Below are positions 38,404 to 48,918 of a stretch of DNA of 64,000 bases, piece after piece. Source of the stretch: Vicinamibacterales bacterium (lineage in GTDB: Bacteria > Acidobacteriota > Vicinamibacteria > Vicinamibacterales > JAMQPK01); NCBI GenBank assembly GCA_963746535.1, contig CAVVBP010000007.1, positions 880,444 through 944,443 on the forward strand, read 5' to 3'. The first letter of the stretch is position 1. Each line of letters opens with the position of its first letter. A model generated the notes under the pieces. It was not told the origin of the DNA. It saw only the letters and a program-made list of their open reading frames with translations, and did not search any database. Both the position numbers and the translations under genes were made by a program.

Positions 38404-39282
38404 TCACTCGCCGCGCAGGATCGCCTCGGCCGCTTTGAGCTCCTTGCGCTTGGCGCGATCGAGCTTCGGAAACTTCAGGTTGAGCCCCTCGAGCGCTTCG
38501 ACCACCGCCGCCGCGACGACCAGGCGCGTAAACCATTTGTGGTCGGCCGGCACGACATACCACGGCGCGTCTGATGAGCTCGTGTTCTGAATCATGTCTT
38601 CGTAGCAGCGCATGTACTGGCCCCAGAGCGCGCGCTCCCGGGCATCACCGGTCGAAAACTTCCAGTTCTTGTCAGGTTGTTCGATCCGCTCCAGAAACCG
38701 GCGCTTCTGTTCCTTGCGCGACACGTGCAGGAAGAACTTGCGAATCACGATACCGTTCCGCGTGGCATAGCGCTCGAACCCGTTGATGTCCTCGAACCGC
38801 TCTTTCCAGATGCGTTTGGTGACCAGCTGTTTGGGGAGACGCTGATTCTCCAGATACTCGGGACGCACGCGCACCACCAGGGTTTCCTCGTAGTACGAGC
38901 GATTGAAGATCCCGATGCGCCCGCGCTCGGGCAGGCAACGACTGGTCCGCCACAGATAGTCGTGGTCGAGTTCCTCTGTCGACGGGGCCTTGAACGAGTA
39001 CACCTGGCAGCTCTGCGGGTTGACGCCGGACATCACGTGTTTGATCGTGCCGTCCTTCCCGGCCGCGTCCATGGCCTGAAAGATCAGCAGCACCGCATAG
39101 CGATCCTGCGCGTACAACTTGTCCTCGAGCTCGCGCATCCTGTCGATCCCGCGCTGCAGCCACTTCTCGGCCTGCTCGCGGGACTTCAGGCTTCCCGTGT
39201 CGCCAGGGTCGATGTCCTTCAAGCGGAAATGTCGTCCGTCATTGACCCGGAACGGTCTGCAGAACTTGTCGGATTTTGACAT
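38404..39282 (-). CDS. ppk2: Polyphosphate kinase 2 family protein
   Basis: IFQAMDAAGKDG, SFKAPSTEELDHDYLWR, IFNRSYYE, WYVVPADHKW; start set at MSKSD. Confidence 0.93.
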   Translation of the reverse strand: MSKSDKFCRPFRVNDGRHFRLKDIDPGDTGSLKSREQAEKWLQRGIDRMRELEDKLYAQDRYAVLLIFQAMDAAGKDGTIKHVMSGVNPQSCQVYSFKAPSTEELDHDYLWRTSRCLPERGRIGIFNRSYYEETLVVRVRPEYLENQRLPKQLVTKRIWKERFEDINGFERYATRNGIVIRKFFLHVSRKEQKRRFLERIEQPDKNWKFSTGDARERALWGQYMRCYEDMIQNTSSSDAPWYVVPADHKWFTRLVVAAAVVEALEGLNLKFPKLDRAKRKELKAAEAILRGE

Positions 39283-39360
39283 AGGCGGCGGGGCCGGAGT
39301 GTACACGATATGCCAGGTCTCGTGACAAACTAGGGCGGGAGAAACGAAGAGCGCACCGAC

Positions 39361-40366
39361 ATGACCACGAAACGATTTCGCCGAGTGGCGGCCGGGGTGT
39401 TCGCGATCGCCGTCGCGTCGCTGGCCGCGTCTGCACAGACGACCCAGTTGCGTCTGGTGTCGACCGCGTGGCCGCCGTTTACGAACGAAGCCGGGCAGCC
39501 CCGCTTCGCGCTCGATCTGGTCGAGGCGGCGCTGGGTCGCATCGGCGTCACGTCGCAGACGCTCATTGTGGATGCGGCGAAGTACACGCCGGCCCTGCTG
39601 AGCGGGTCGTTCGATGGCAGCGCGGCGGCATGGAAGGATCCCGCGCGCGAGCGCGCGCTGTTGTTCTCTCAGCCGTATCTCGAAAATCGGCTCATCCTCG
39701 TCGGGCGAACGGGCGCCGACGTGTCCGCCGCGGCGCTCGACGGGCCTCAAAGGCAAGCGCGTCTCCATCGTCGAAGGTTACGCATACGGTGCTGCCCTCG
39801 ACAATGCCGGTATCACGTTCGTGCCGTCACGCAACGAGGAGGACAGTCTCCGGCAACTGCTCAACGGAGAGGCCGACTACACGTTGATGGACGAGATCGT
39901 CGTCCAGTACATCGTGGACCACCATGCCGACCAGGCACGCACCAGGCTGCAGATCGGCACCGTTTCGTTGCTGACGCGCCCGCTGCACCTGGCCGTACGG
40001 CGCACGCATCCACAAGCGAAGTCGATCGTCGATCGCTTCAACACACAGATTCGAGCGATGGTGGCCGATCGCACCTACCATCGTCTTCTGCACGTTGACT
40101 GGATCCGGGCGGATGTCGACGGGGATGGACTCGAGGAATACGTGCCGCGCACCGACAGTTCGGGGCCGGCCGAGCCCGAGCGCGCGTACTCGATCTTTTC
40201 AGACCCACAGAAAAAGCCGCAGTCCAGGCCGGGAGAGAAGCGGTACCTGTTCGGCGGCTCGGTCTACACGGCGTGGACCGCCATCCCTGAGAAGTACAAG
40301 AACTACGATCCTCTACGCCCGGAGCCCGGTATCGCCACGGTCCCGATCTACCAGTTCACTTGGTAA
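39361..40366 (+). CDS. Secreted solute-binding protein (family 3-like) with a C-terminal extension; 1 frameshift near 39740
   Basis: STAWPPF, LFSQPYLENRL, LKGKRVSIVEGYAYG, FNTQIRAMVADRTY. Confidence 0.75.
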
Positions 40367-40438
40367 TCTGTCACTCGAGGTTCGAGATCCTGGAAACTAG
40401 AAACTAGAAACTAGAATCTAAAATCTAGAGCCTCGAGA

Positions 40439-41492
40439 CTACCGAGGCGTGTAGGTTTTCGTGACATTGTTGCGGCTGTTCGTGATCGTGTACCTGCCGT
40501 CGGCGGCGATCGACGCCTTCAGGTAGTGCCCCGTGCACGCCGCTTCTTCTTCGAAGTTCGCGATGTAATCATCCCTGGTGTTGCGCTCGCGCTCGGTCAC
40601 GAGCGAGAGATGAAGCTGCCAGAGGTCCTCCAGCCCGGGTGCGTTCTTGACGACGTCGAGGTAGCTGCCGATGCCGCCTTTTCGCGGCCCGTTGTTCATG
40701 ACGGCCACGCGAGCGCCAAGCGAATGCACGAATGGTGGCGCCCCTGAGAGATCCATACCGTGATGGTTCACCTGCAGGAGGTCGATCCGGCCGAGCCGGT
40801 TCACCGGGCAGACCATCTCGATTTCCTTGTTCCATGTCAGGTCGCCGAGATCGAGGAATCTGAACTTGCCGGTACTGCAACAGGAATCCGAGGCTTCGGC
40901 CGTTTTCGCTGTTGTCCGGCTTTTTCAACTCAGGGTTCGCGCACATGGGAGAACTGTTCGGGCCGCCGCCGTTGATCGGTGCGGCAATCAGCTCGCCGTT
41001 GGTCGCCGCAATAGTGATGTCGAGCCCCTGGAGCGGAATCTTGTCGCCAGGCTTCGGCTGCGCGCGCTTGCCCTTCGAGGCTTCCTGATAGATCGCCCAC
41101 TCGTCGGCCGCCGGACCCGGGCGGTTCTCGACCGTGTCTCCATGATCGAGGTAGTGGTCGATGGGCATGAGCTTCGATAGCGCGCCCACGCCGCCGACAT
41201 GGTCGGCGTGAAAATGGGTGATCAGGAGGTAGTCGAGCTTTTTCAGCCCCGCGACCTTGGTAGCGACCTCGTGGATACGCCGGGCATCGCGGTCGTCCCG
41301 GCGCCAGCCGGTGTCTACGAGCAGCGACTGGCCGGACGGCGACACGATCAGCGTCGCCCCGCCGCCCTCGACATCGATCCAGTAGATGTCCAGCGCGCGC
41401 GCCATGCCGCCTCGCTGCGCGGCGAGCATCACCGTCGCGAGGGCCACCAGCGCCAGCGCCGACGCGATGCGCGATCGAATCGGGCGCGTCAT
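40439..41492 (-). CDS. Secreted metallo-beta-lactamase-fold hydrolase (ComEC-like C-terminal type); 1 frameshift near 40870
   Basis: IDVEGGGATL, LLVDTG, THFHADHVGG, GDLTWNKE, VNHHG, MNNGPRKG. Confidence 0.85.
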
Positions 41493-42394
41493 CGTTTGCT
41501 CAACTCGACCGTGTCGAGCTTCCCTTTTTCGATCGCGATGCCGATGATCATCAGCTCGAGATCCGCCGTCCCGTTGTTGACAATCGAATGCGGCTGGTCG
41601 GGAAGAATCGGCACACCGTCGCCCTTGCGGATCGTGGCGGTCTCGCCGCCAACGGTCACCTCACCGCTGCCGTTGAGGACGTAATACACCTCGCCCACGC
41701 CGGGATGCTTGTGCAGCCCCTCGGAGCTTGCCGGCGTCACGATGAGGTGATCCATGTAGCTCCAGTTGCTCAGAAACACCGACGGCGGAAGCGCGCGGCG
41801 ATATTTCACGCTGCCCTTGCCGCCCCGGTAGCTCTGCAGCGTGTCTTTCGGGCCCATCAGCTTCTCGTCGAGCCGCATCGTCATGAAGACCGGAATGGGA
41901 TCTTTCGCCGCACCGACGCGCGAGTCCTGCAGATCGAAGGCGTCGTACTCGCCGCTCGTGGTGGCCACGTTGATGTTCATGAACTCCACGGGCCGATCGG
42001 TCGGATTGACGATCGCATGTGAATGACCCATGCGGACCGGGGCGCCGACCGTGCCTTTCAGCAGGGAAGCCCGGCCGTCGATCGTGAACTCGGCCTCGCC
42101 GTCGAAGATGACGAACATCTCCTCGTTGCGATTGTGAAAGTGATGGCCCACGCCCCCTTTGGGTGCGGTGATCTGGCAGCGGTGGACGAAATTCAGCAGG
42201 GGAATCGCGTTGCGGGGCACGAGCGTCATGCACGCCATGTCCCCCTCGCTGCCATGCGAGCGGCTCAGACGGTAGCGGCCCGGATCGGTGTGGCCGATCC
42301 GTTCACTCAACGCGGGCGGCGCCTGTGCGGACGCCACGAGCGTCATCGCGACGGTCGCGCAGATGATGGCCAATGGCCGCATGCCGATGCTCAT
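41489..42394 (-). CDS. Secreted bicupin protein
   Basis: Signal peptide; two cupin motif sets HHFHNRNEEMF...HSH and HKHPGVGEVYY...PHSI. Confidence 0.85.
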   Translation of the reverse strand: MSIGMRPLAIICATVAMTLVASAQAPPALSERIGHTDPGRYRLSRSHGSEGDMACMTLVPRNAIPLLNFVHRCQITAPKGGVGHHFHNRNEEMFVIFDGEAEFTIDGRASLLKGTVGAPVRMGHSHAIVNPTDRPVEFMNINVATTSGEYDAFDLQDSRVGAAKDPIPVFMTMRLDEKLMGPKDTLQSYRGGKGSVKYRRALPPSVFLSNWSYMDHLIVTPASSEGLHKHPGVGEVYYVLNGSGEVTVGGETATIRKGDGVPILPDQPHSIVNNGTADLELMIIGIAIEKGKLDTVELSKR

Positions 42395-42514
42395 AGGAAG
42401 CCCTCGCTGGCTATCGTATCCACAAACGTACCTTCTGGCGGGGAAGCGGCGCGGATGATACCATGCCGTCCGTTCTTTTCCGGTCCAGTCTGTTCGAATG
42501 ACGGAGGTGCGGTG

Positions 42515-43480
42515 ATGAGAGCTCGACGGTTGTCGGCGCTCGGCGTGTTTCTCGGCGTGTGTGCGGCCATCTCTGTGGCGACCCCGGTTGAAGCTCAGTT
42601 CGGGGGCTTGATGAGGAAGGGGAAGGAGGCTCTGAAGGAACCCGTCAAGGATCCGAGAACATCCGAGGCCGCATCCACCTCCACTTCAAATCCGTTTGCC
42701 GACCCCGCGATTGTCTTCATCACGCAGGATCAGCTCGGACGGTTCCAGAAGGGGCTGCAGCACGAGGTGACCCAGCGCAACGCCCTCAGGAAGCAGCTGG
42801 CGTCGCTCCAGACGCGCGAACAGTATCAGGCGTGCACGCAGGGCGCCGCCATGTCGCCGGAAACGATGAAGCTCATCCAGGACTTTGCCGATTCGAGCGC
42901 GAATCTCCCCGCCGACCAGATGATCAAACGCCAGCAGCAGATGTTCACCGAGATGGCCGCGATGGTGGAGAAGAAGTGCGGCATCGATCCACAAAAGGTG
43001 GAGAGCTCGCGTGCCGAGCGCTTGCGCCAGATCGAGGCGGAGGCGTCCGATATCGCCATGCCGCCGGGATACAAAGCCCCCCCGCAGGCGCGGCTCGAGC
43101 GCGAGACCGTTGACTGGGCCGCGATGTGGAACGACTCCGCGGCGCGCACGCCGATCGCGCTGAATGTGCACGCGCCGAAGTCTCCCCTGTTCGGCGAGGC
43201 CCCGGCCGCGCGTGCTCAGACAGTGAATGCGCGTCCGTTCGCGCGGGCCTACGGCATGCTGAAGGAGCGCGTCCCGGTGTTCTGCGGCAAGCTGGCCGAG
43301 AAGGCACCGCTGACGCCAACCACGATCACCGTCGGCACGGAGAAAATGAGCGTCGTCAAGATTCGTGGTTCGGGACAGGATTACGTCTTCCGCCAGGATG
43401 AGGCCGACGCCCTCACCCAGGGGTGCTCGGGTGTGATGGCGCTGATGAACGCCATTTTCGACGACGTGCAGAAGCAGTGA
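42515..43480 (+). CDS. Hypothetical secreted protein
   Basis: Signal peptide ending VEA-QFGG; GGAGG upstream; no recognisable domain. Confidence 0.65.
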   Translation: MRARRLSALGVFLGVCAAISVATPVEAQFGGLMRKGKEALKEPVKDPRTSEAASTSTSNPFADPAIVFITQDQLGRFQKGLQHEVTQRNALRKQLASLQTREQYQACTQGAAMSPETMKLIQDFADSSANLPADQMIKRQQQMFTEMAAMVEKKCGIDPQKVESSRAERLRQIEAEASDIAMPPGYKAPPQARLERETVDWAAMWNDSAARTPIALNVHAPKSPLFGEAPAARAQTVNARPFARAYGMLKERVPVFCGKLAEKAPLTPTTITVGTEKMSVVKIRGSGQDYVFRQDEADALTQGCSGVMALMNAIFDDVQKQ

Positions 43481-44262
43481 CGTTTGCCGCCGTCAGCCTT
43501 GCCGTCGCGCTCAGCGCCGCCTGGCAGATGGTCGCTCCCGGTGTCTGGCAGGCCGAGGCGCCAATGGCTTCGGCCGGGCCGCTTGCCCCGGTGCGTGCGA
43601 TCGCGATCCGGCTCGACCCTTCAAAAGTGCGGTTCACGCTCGATCACGCCTCGCGCGATTACGGAATGGTCGGCACGTGGACTGTCGACCGCATGCCGGA
43701 AGCCGGCGTGGTCGCTTTCAACGCGGGACAGTTCAGTGGTGGCATGCCGTGGGGATGGCTGGTGCGGGACGGCATCGAATCGCAGCCGCCCGGCTCTGGT
43801 TCGCTCGGGATGGCGTTTGTCGTCGATCGCAGCGGAAGGGTCTCGCTTGCGACGCCTGACGAACTCCCCGCGATCCGATCGAGAGCCACCCAGGCGTTTC
43901 AGTCCTACCCCGCGCTGCTCGTCGGCGACGGTCAGCTGCCGCCGGAGCTTCGGGCGGCGGGCCGTGGCGTCGATCTGTCACATCGTGATTCGCGGCTCGC
44001 GTTGGGATTGATGCCCGACGGTTCGGTCGTCGTGGTGATCACGCGCTTTGATGCTGTCGGGAAGCCCGGTGAAACCGTCCCGTGGGGACCGACGGTTCCG
44101 GAGATGGCGGCGCTCATGAAATCGCTGGGATGCCGCCGGGCGATGATGCTCGATGGCGGGCTCTCGAGCCAGCTTGCCGTACGCGGGCGCACCGGGTTGT
44201 CGCAATGGAAGAACTGGCGAGCCGTACCCCTTGGATTGATCGCCCTGCCAGCCACGCCTTAA
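43477..44262 (+). CDS. Phosphodiester glycosidase (NAGPA-like) domain protein
   Basis: AFNAGQF, RLALGLMPDG, LGCRRAMMLDGGLSSQL; GTG overlaps the upstream TGA. Confidence 0.75.
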   Translation: MTFAAVSLAVALSAAWQMVAPGVWQAEAPMASAGPLAPVRAIAIRLDPSKVRFTLDHASRDYGMVGTWTVDRMPEAGVVAFNAGQFSGGMPWGWLVRDGIESQPPGSGSLGMAFVVDRSGRVSLATPDELPAIRSRATQAFQSYPALLVGDGQLPPELRAAGRGVDLSHRDSRLALGLMPDGSVVVVITRFDAVGKPGETVPWGPTVPEMAALMKSLGCRRAMMLDGGLSSQLAVRGRTGLSQWKNWRAVPLGLIALPATP

Positions 44263-44417
44263 GAGCCCTGCAGGCTTCGTAGGATGCACGACATTCCGTA
44301 TTGAAATGGCCCGCTCGGGGTGCGTTCTCACGTGTTTGCTGAGATTTTCGCGCGAAACGGGCCCTTGGATCACGGCCGTGTTCTTGCTGGAAAGAGTCCG
44401 CGATCTTTAACCCGGCG

Positions 44418-46244
44418 ATGCGGACCTCCCCCAGACACCATCGGCTCGGACGGTGGCTGTTGGCCGCCCTCGCGGTCAATATCCTGTTTCCCATCACGAC
44501 GGCCACCGCGTCGGACGGCGCGAAGCAGGTTCTCGTGCTCTACTCACTCAGAAGAGACGTGCCGGCAGCCGATGTCGGCGAAGCGCAGCTGCCCAGGATC
44601 CTCAGGAACAACGTTCCCGGTGGCGTGGACTACTACTCGGAATTTCTCGACCGGTCGAGATTCCACGCCGACTACGCTCCGGCGCTCCGCGACTTCCTGC
44701 GGTTGAAATACGAGGGGCAGACCTTCGATCTCGTCATCGCGTTCGGCGATGCCACGGTCACGTTCATCGAAAAGAACCGCGACATCCTGTTTCCGGAAAC
44801 GCCCGTCGTCTTTTTCTCGAGTCAACCGCTGATACGTCCGGCACACTCAACCGGCGTCGTGGCCGAACCGGACGTCGCCGGCACGATGCTGATGGCCACC
44901 GAGCTGCAGCCCGACACGCGGCAGGTGTTCGTCGTCAGCGGGGCTGAGTCTTCGGAGCCGTCGTTCGAGAGCATCGCGCGGGCCCAATTCAAGTCGTTCG
45001 AACCGCAATTGACCTTCACGTATCTGACGGGTCTGACCAAACAGGAACTCGAGCCCAGGCTGGCGACCCTGCCCGAGCATGCCATCGTGTATTACCTGAA
45101 CGTCGAGCGAGACCGCAACGGACAGAATTTCCATGCGCTGGAGTTCCTCGACTGGGTAACAGCGGTCTCGCGCGCGCCGGTGTACGGCTGGATCGATTCG
45201 GCTATGGACCACGGAATCGTCGGGGGGAGCCTGAGGGATCAGGTGGCCGAGATACAGGCGGTTGGTGAGCTGGCCGCTCGGGTATTACGAGGCGAGAACC
45301 CCGAGAGCATTCCCGTGGTCTCGCCGAATCTGCACGTCAGGCAGGTCGACTGGCGGGAGCTGCGCCGTTGGGGCATCAGCGACGCGCGACTCGCCGGAGA
45401 TGTGCGCGTCAAGTTCCGGGAACCTTCGGCCTGGGATCGGTACGGCCTTCACATCGTGGGTGCGGTTCTGCTGTTGATCGTTCAGATGGCGCTCATTACC
45501 GGGCTGCTGGTTCAGGGAGCGAGACGGCAGGAGGCGGAACAGCGGCTGCTGGAGAAACAGGACGAGCTGCGGACGAGCTACGACCGAATCCGCGATCTGG
45601 GCGGGAGGCTGCTGAATGCGCAGGATGACGAGCGTTCGCGGATTGCCCGGGACCTGCACGACGACATCGGTCAGCAGGTCGCCGTGCTGGCCGTGGATCT
45701 CGAACTGATGCGCACAGGCACGCGGGAAGCTGCCGGAGGCCTGGCCAGCGACGCGCTGAGCCGGGTGCAAGGCATTGCCAGAAGCGTGCGCGACCTGTCG
45801 CTCCGCCTGCATCCCGCCAAGCTGCGGCTCATTGGCCTGGCGCCCGCGTTGAACGGCCTGCAGCGCGAGTTCTCGCAAACAGGCATTTCCGTCAATATCA
45901 CGCACGAGAACCTGCCTCCAGATCTTCCGCACGACCTGACGCTGTGTCTGTTCCGGATCGTTCAGGAAGCGCTGCGGAACGCCGTCACGCACAGCAACGC
46001 GGGCGCGGTGTACGTGCACTTGAGTGGCAGCGCCACACGAATCGCGCTGACGATCGTCGACAACGGCACGGGGTTCGACGTCTCTTCAGCGTGGGGCAAA
46101 GGACTCGGGCTCCTCAGCATTCGCGAACGTCTGGACGCGCTTGGCGGCAGGCTCGAGATCTCGTCGGGCCCTGGCGTCGGTACGCGCATCGATGCCGATG
46201 TACCGCTCGAATCGATGGCCGGAGCCAAGACGGTGGCTGTGTGA
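44418..46244 (+). CDS. Membrane sensor histidine kinase (HisKA_3, NarX/UhpB-like) with a large periplasmic binding-protein-like domain
   Basis: Two TM segments; ERSRIARDLHDDIGQ; FRIVQEALRNAVTHS; DNGTGF; GLGLLSIRER. Confidence 0.9.
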   Translation: MRTSPRHHRLGRWLLAALAVNILFPITTATASDGAKQVLVLYSLRRDVPAADVGEAQLPRILRNNVPGGVDYYSEFLDRSRFHADYAPALRDFLRLKYEGQTFDLVIAFGDATVTFIEKNRDILFPETPVVFFSSQPLIRPAHSTGVVAEPDVAGTMLMATELQPDTRQVFVVSGAESSEPSFESIARAQFKSFEPQLTFTYLTGLTKQELEPRLATLPEHAIVYYLNVERDRNGQNFHALEFLDWVTAVSRAPVYGWIDSAMDHGIVGGSLRDQVAEIQAVGELAARVLRGENPESIPVVSPNLHVRQVDWRELRRWGISDARLAGDVRVKFREPSAWDRYGLHIVGAVLLLIVQMALITGLLVQGARRQEAEQRLLEKQDELRTSYDRIRDLGGRLLNAQDDERSRIARDLHDDIGQQVAVLAVDLELMRTGTREAAGGLASDALSRVQGIARSVRDLSLRLHPAKLRLIGLAPALNGLQREFSQTGISVNITHENLPPDLPHDLTLCLFRIVQEALRNAVTHSNAGAVYVHLSGSATRIALTIVDNGTGFDVSSAWGKGLGLLSIRERLDALGGRLEISSGPGVGTRIDADVPLESMAGAKTVAV

Positions 46245-46246
46245 CG

Positions 46247-46663
46247 ATGGTCGAAGAGGTCACCAGGTTGGTGCCCACTCAGCCGGTGCGGGTTCTTCTT
46301 GTTGACGACAACGAGGAGGTGCTCACGCGCGCGGCGGCGGTGCTGATGCCCGGTTGCATCATCGTGGGTTCCGCGAAGGACGGCCCAGCGGCGCTCAAGG
46401 CGGCCGCGTCGCTCCAGCCGGATGTCATCGTGCTCGACATCTCGATGCCCGGCATGACCGGCCTCGAGGTCGCCTCACTGCTGCGTAAGGCGCAATCGAC
46501 CGCTGCGGTCGTGTTCCTGACGGTCCATGACGAAGAAGAATTCGTCGATGCCGCGAAAGCGGTGGGCGGTATCGGTTACGTCATCAAGCCGCGCATTGCG
46601 TCGGACCTGATGAAAGCCGTGCAGGAAGCCAGGGCGGGGCGGCCGTTCGTCTCGCCGTTCTAA
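46247..46663 (+). CDS. Single-domain response regulator (REC only)
   Basis: VLLVDD, VIVLDISMPGMTG, FLT, YVIKP; no output domain. Confidence 0.88.
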   Translation: MVEEVTRLVPTQPVRVLLVDDNEEVLTRAAAVLMPGCIIVGSAKDGPAALKAAASLQPDVIVLDISMPGMTGLEVASLLRKAQSTAAVVFLTVHDEEEFVDAAKAVGGIGYVIKPRIASDLMKAVQEARAGRPFVSPF

Positions 46664-46727
46664 AACTCAGCGCTCTCCTATCCGGTTTTAGCCAAACTCA
46701 GGCGTTGTCGAGGACCCGCCGGCGCCT

Positions 46728-46919
46728 GGGTTGGTGTGGCTGCCGCGCGAATCCGAAGCTACGGGGCCGGACCGCGCTCCGATGCCGTCGAGGACCGCCC
46801 GACGCGAGGACACTGACTTCGCCTTTCATCCTCGCTCGATGCCCTCAGGCTTCTCGCGCGGTCAGGCGGGCAGGTGTCGGCCGCCTACGCACGGCTTCGC
46901 GCCGCAGCCACACCAACCC
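46728..46919. repeat. Structured ~200-nt dispersed element, copy 3
   Basis: Outer arms GGGTTGGTGTGGCTG (46728-46742) and CAGCCACACCAACCC (46905-46919) pair perfectly; shared core; degenerate REP (TCCGGTTTTAGCC) at about 46681. Confidence 0.85.
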
Positions 46920-46966
46920 AACCGCGGCTGACTTGCGACTGCCGACTTCCGACTTGCGCCTTACGA

Positions 46967-47683
46967 CTATTTCCACGTGACTTCCATCCCGAAGAAGTGC
47001 AGGAACACCTCGCGGTTCGGCGTGTTCTTCGGATTCTGCTGCGGGCTTCGGATGTAGAAGTCGATTTGCTGCGTCGCCGGGTTCACTTCGCCGCCCGGGA
47101 GTCTCTTGTTCATCGGGTAGGTGACACGCAGGGTTTTCCGATCGCGGATGCCCTGCGTGATCATGAAGTGCATCTCGTAATCCTGGTAGAGCGGTTTGCC
47201 GTTCAGCGTGGCGTGTCCGAATCCCCAGCCGGCGAGGTAGACGAACGTCTTCGGCCAGTTGTTGTCGCCACATCCCGAGTCGGTCCCGTGCTCGTGCAGG
47301 AACCCGACGATGCCGCCGTTCTGGCAGGGGCTGAACTCGTTGAACCTGTCGATGGCCAGCACGAGATCGCCTTCGGGAATCTTGAGCCGCGCTTCGAACG
47401 TGCCGGTGTTCGCCAGGTCGTTCACGTCGATCTCCGCCGTCCCCGAGACCGGCTTCACGGTTTTGGCGTCGTTGTCCATGTGATCCCAGCCCGCAGGATC
47501 GTTCAGGCCTCCGACCATGTAGATGCGGGCGGCCGAGATCACGTAATGACCGTCGTAGAGGTCGTGCTGCTCGGGCGCGAACATCGTGATCGATGCGCCC
47601 GGCTGTTGCCTCGGATTGGCCGGCTGCTGCGCTGCGACAACGGAACCGAGCATGAACCAGACGATCGTCATTCGAGTACGCAT
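46967..47683 (-). CDS. Hypothetical secreted protein
   Basis: Signal-peptide-like N-terminus; 238-aa ORF; no recognised domain. Confidence 0.65.
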   Translation of the reverse strand: MRTRMTIVWFMLGSVVAAQQPANPRQQPGASITMFAPEQHDLYDGHYVISAARIYMVGGLNDPAGWDHMDNDAKTVKPVSGTAEIDVNDLANTGTFEARLKIPEGDLVLAIDRFNEFSPCQNGGIVGFLHEHGTDSGCGDNNWPKTFVYLAGWGFGHATLNGKPLYQDYEMHFMITQGIRDRKTLRVTYPMNKRLPGGEVNPATQQIDFYIRSPQQNPKNTPNREVFLHFFGMEVTWK

Positions 47684-47698
47684 ACCACCCCCGATATG

Positions 47699-47734
47699 AA
47701 AAAGGGCGGGTCCTGATCGTTCCAGAACCCGCCC
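47699..47734 (-). terminator. Probable intrinsic terminator after the isomerase gene
   Basis: On the minus strand GGGCGGGTTCTG-loop-CAGGACCCGCCC followed by TTTT; only about 15 nt before the next ATG. Confidence 0.55.
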
Positions 47735-47785
47735 CAGACTTGCGCCTCGCCTTGCGCCTTACGACTTACGACTAGCGCCTTGCGA

Positions 47786-48838
47786 CTAGTGCGGCGGCAG
47801 CTTGATCCCCAGCATCACGCGCATGTAGTTGACGTTGTGCGCGAGGTAGTCGTCGATCGCGAGCTCCAGATTGCCGCCGATGGCATCGAAGCCGTCGTCG
47901 CCCTTGCGCGGGCCGTCCATGTCGAAAATCGCCCAGCCTTTGTAGTGGCGGTCCCGGAGCAGCTTGAAGACGGCAGGGAAGTCGACGCCGCCTCCGCCCA
48001 TGTTGTGATACACGCTCGCGACCTTGTGTGACTCCTGGGTCGGCGTCGACGTGTTGCCGCGGTATTTCGCGTAGGTGTCCTTGAGGTGCACTTCGGCGAT
48101 GCGGTCGAAGTAGTCGCTCATGATCTTCACGGCATCCATCCCGCCGAGGGTCAGGTGCCCCGTGTCGGTCGTCAGCCATACGAGCTTGGGATCGGTCAGC
48201 TCCATGACGCGGCGCACGTCGCTCTCGCGTTCCATGGGACCCCAGATGTGCGGATGCGGGGCCAGCCTGATGCCCATCTTGATCGTCTGCCGGCCAATCT
48301 CGTTGAGCGTATCGGAGAGCCGCTTGAGCTGGTCGTCGGTCGGCCCGCCGGCCGGCCTCGCGCCCATGTTGGCCTTCCACAACGTGCATCCGAACGGCTG
48401 GAGAAACTCGCGCGCGAACGCGACGTGTGTTTCGATCGTTTTCGGGATCTCGGCCGGATCGATGAAGTTCGTGGACTGTCCTTTGGCGCCGTTGGCCACG
48501 TCGATCATCGTGAGTCCCGCGTCGTCGAAGATCTTCTTCAGCGCCAGCGGGTTGCTCCGATACTTCTCGATCTGCTGGGCGTACGGCTCGATGCCCTGCA
48601 GGCCGAGCGCCTTGACCCGCTTGATGGCCCATTCGAGATCGCGCCCCCCGCTCCAGAGCGAGCTGGTGCTGCCGAAGAGGATGTCGGGGTTTACAGGATC
48701 GAGCGGCTTGTGAGCCACCGCGCCCCACGCCGTCGATGGCCCCAGGACGTTGGCGGCCACCGCGGCGCCGCCGACTGCCAGGGCGCTGGAAATGAAGTCG
48801 CGCCGGTTGACACCAGCCTTGCTCACACCTTCAGACAT
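47786..48838 (-). CDS. Tat-exported sugar phosphate isomerase/epimerase (xylose isomerase-like TIM barrel, IolE-like)
   Basis: Twin-arginine NRRDFIS; HPH, DTGH, EVHLKD motifs. Confidence 0.85.
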   Translation of the reverse strand: MSEGVSKAGVNRRDFISSALAVGGAAVAANVLGPSTAWGAVAHKPLDPVNPDILFGSTSSLWSGGRDLEWAIKRVKALGLQGIEPYAQQIEKYRSNPLALKKIFDDAGLTMIDVANGAKGQSTNFIDPAEIPKTIETHVAFAREFLQPFGCTLWKANMGARPAGGPTDDQLKRLSDTLNEIGRQTIKMGIRLAPHPHIWGPMERESDVRRVMELTDPKLVWLTTDTGHLTLGGMDAVKIMSDYFDRIAEVHLKDTYAKYRGNTSTPTQESHKVASVYHNMGGGGVDFPAVFKLLRDRHYKGWAIFDMDGPRKGDDGFDAIGGNLELAIDDYLAHNVNYMRVMLGIKLPPH

Positions 48839-48918
48839 GGACGCCTCCTCACCCCACATGTTTGTTGTGGCGCCATTGTATGCCTCGGGTTGGTGGCGGT
48901 CAAAGCACATGAGGTACG

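Noticed and set aside
39283-39768. N-terminal extension of PPK2 in ORF 38404..39768 (likewise the extensions of glgP 24408, radical SAM 50409 and ORF 42023)
   Set aside because: Extensions overlap neighbouring real genes and lack homology-like features; downstream starts fit better
44347-44358. Perfect 12-bp palindrome TTTCGCGCGAAA upstream of the sensor kinase
   Set aside because: Single short occurrence; no second copy or candidate regulator to support it
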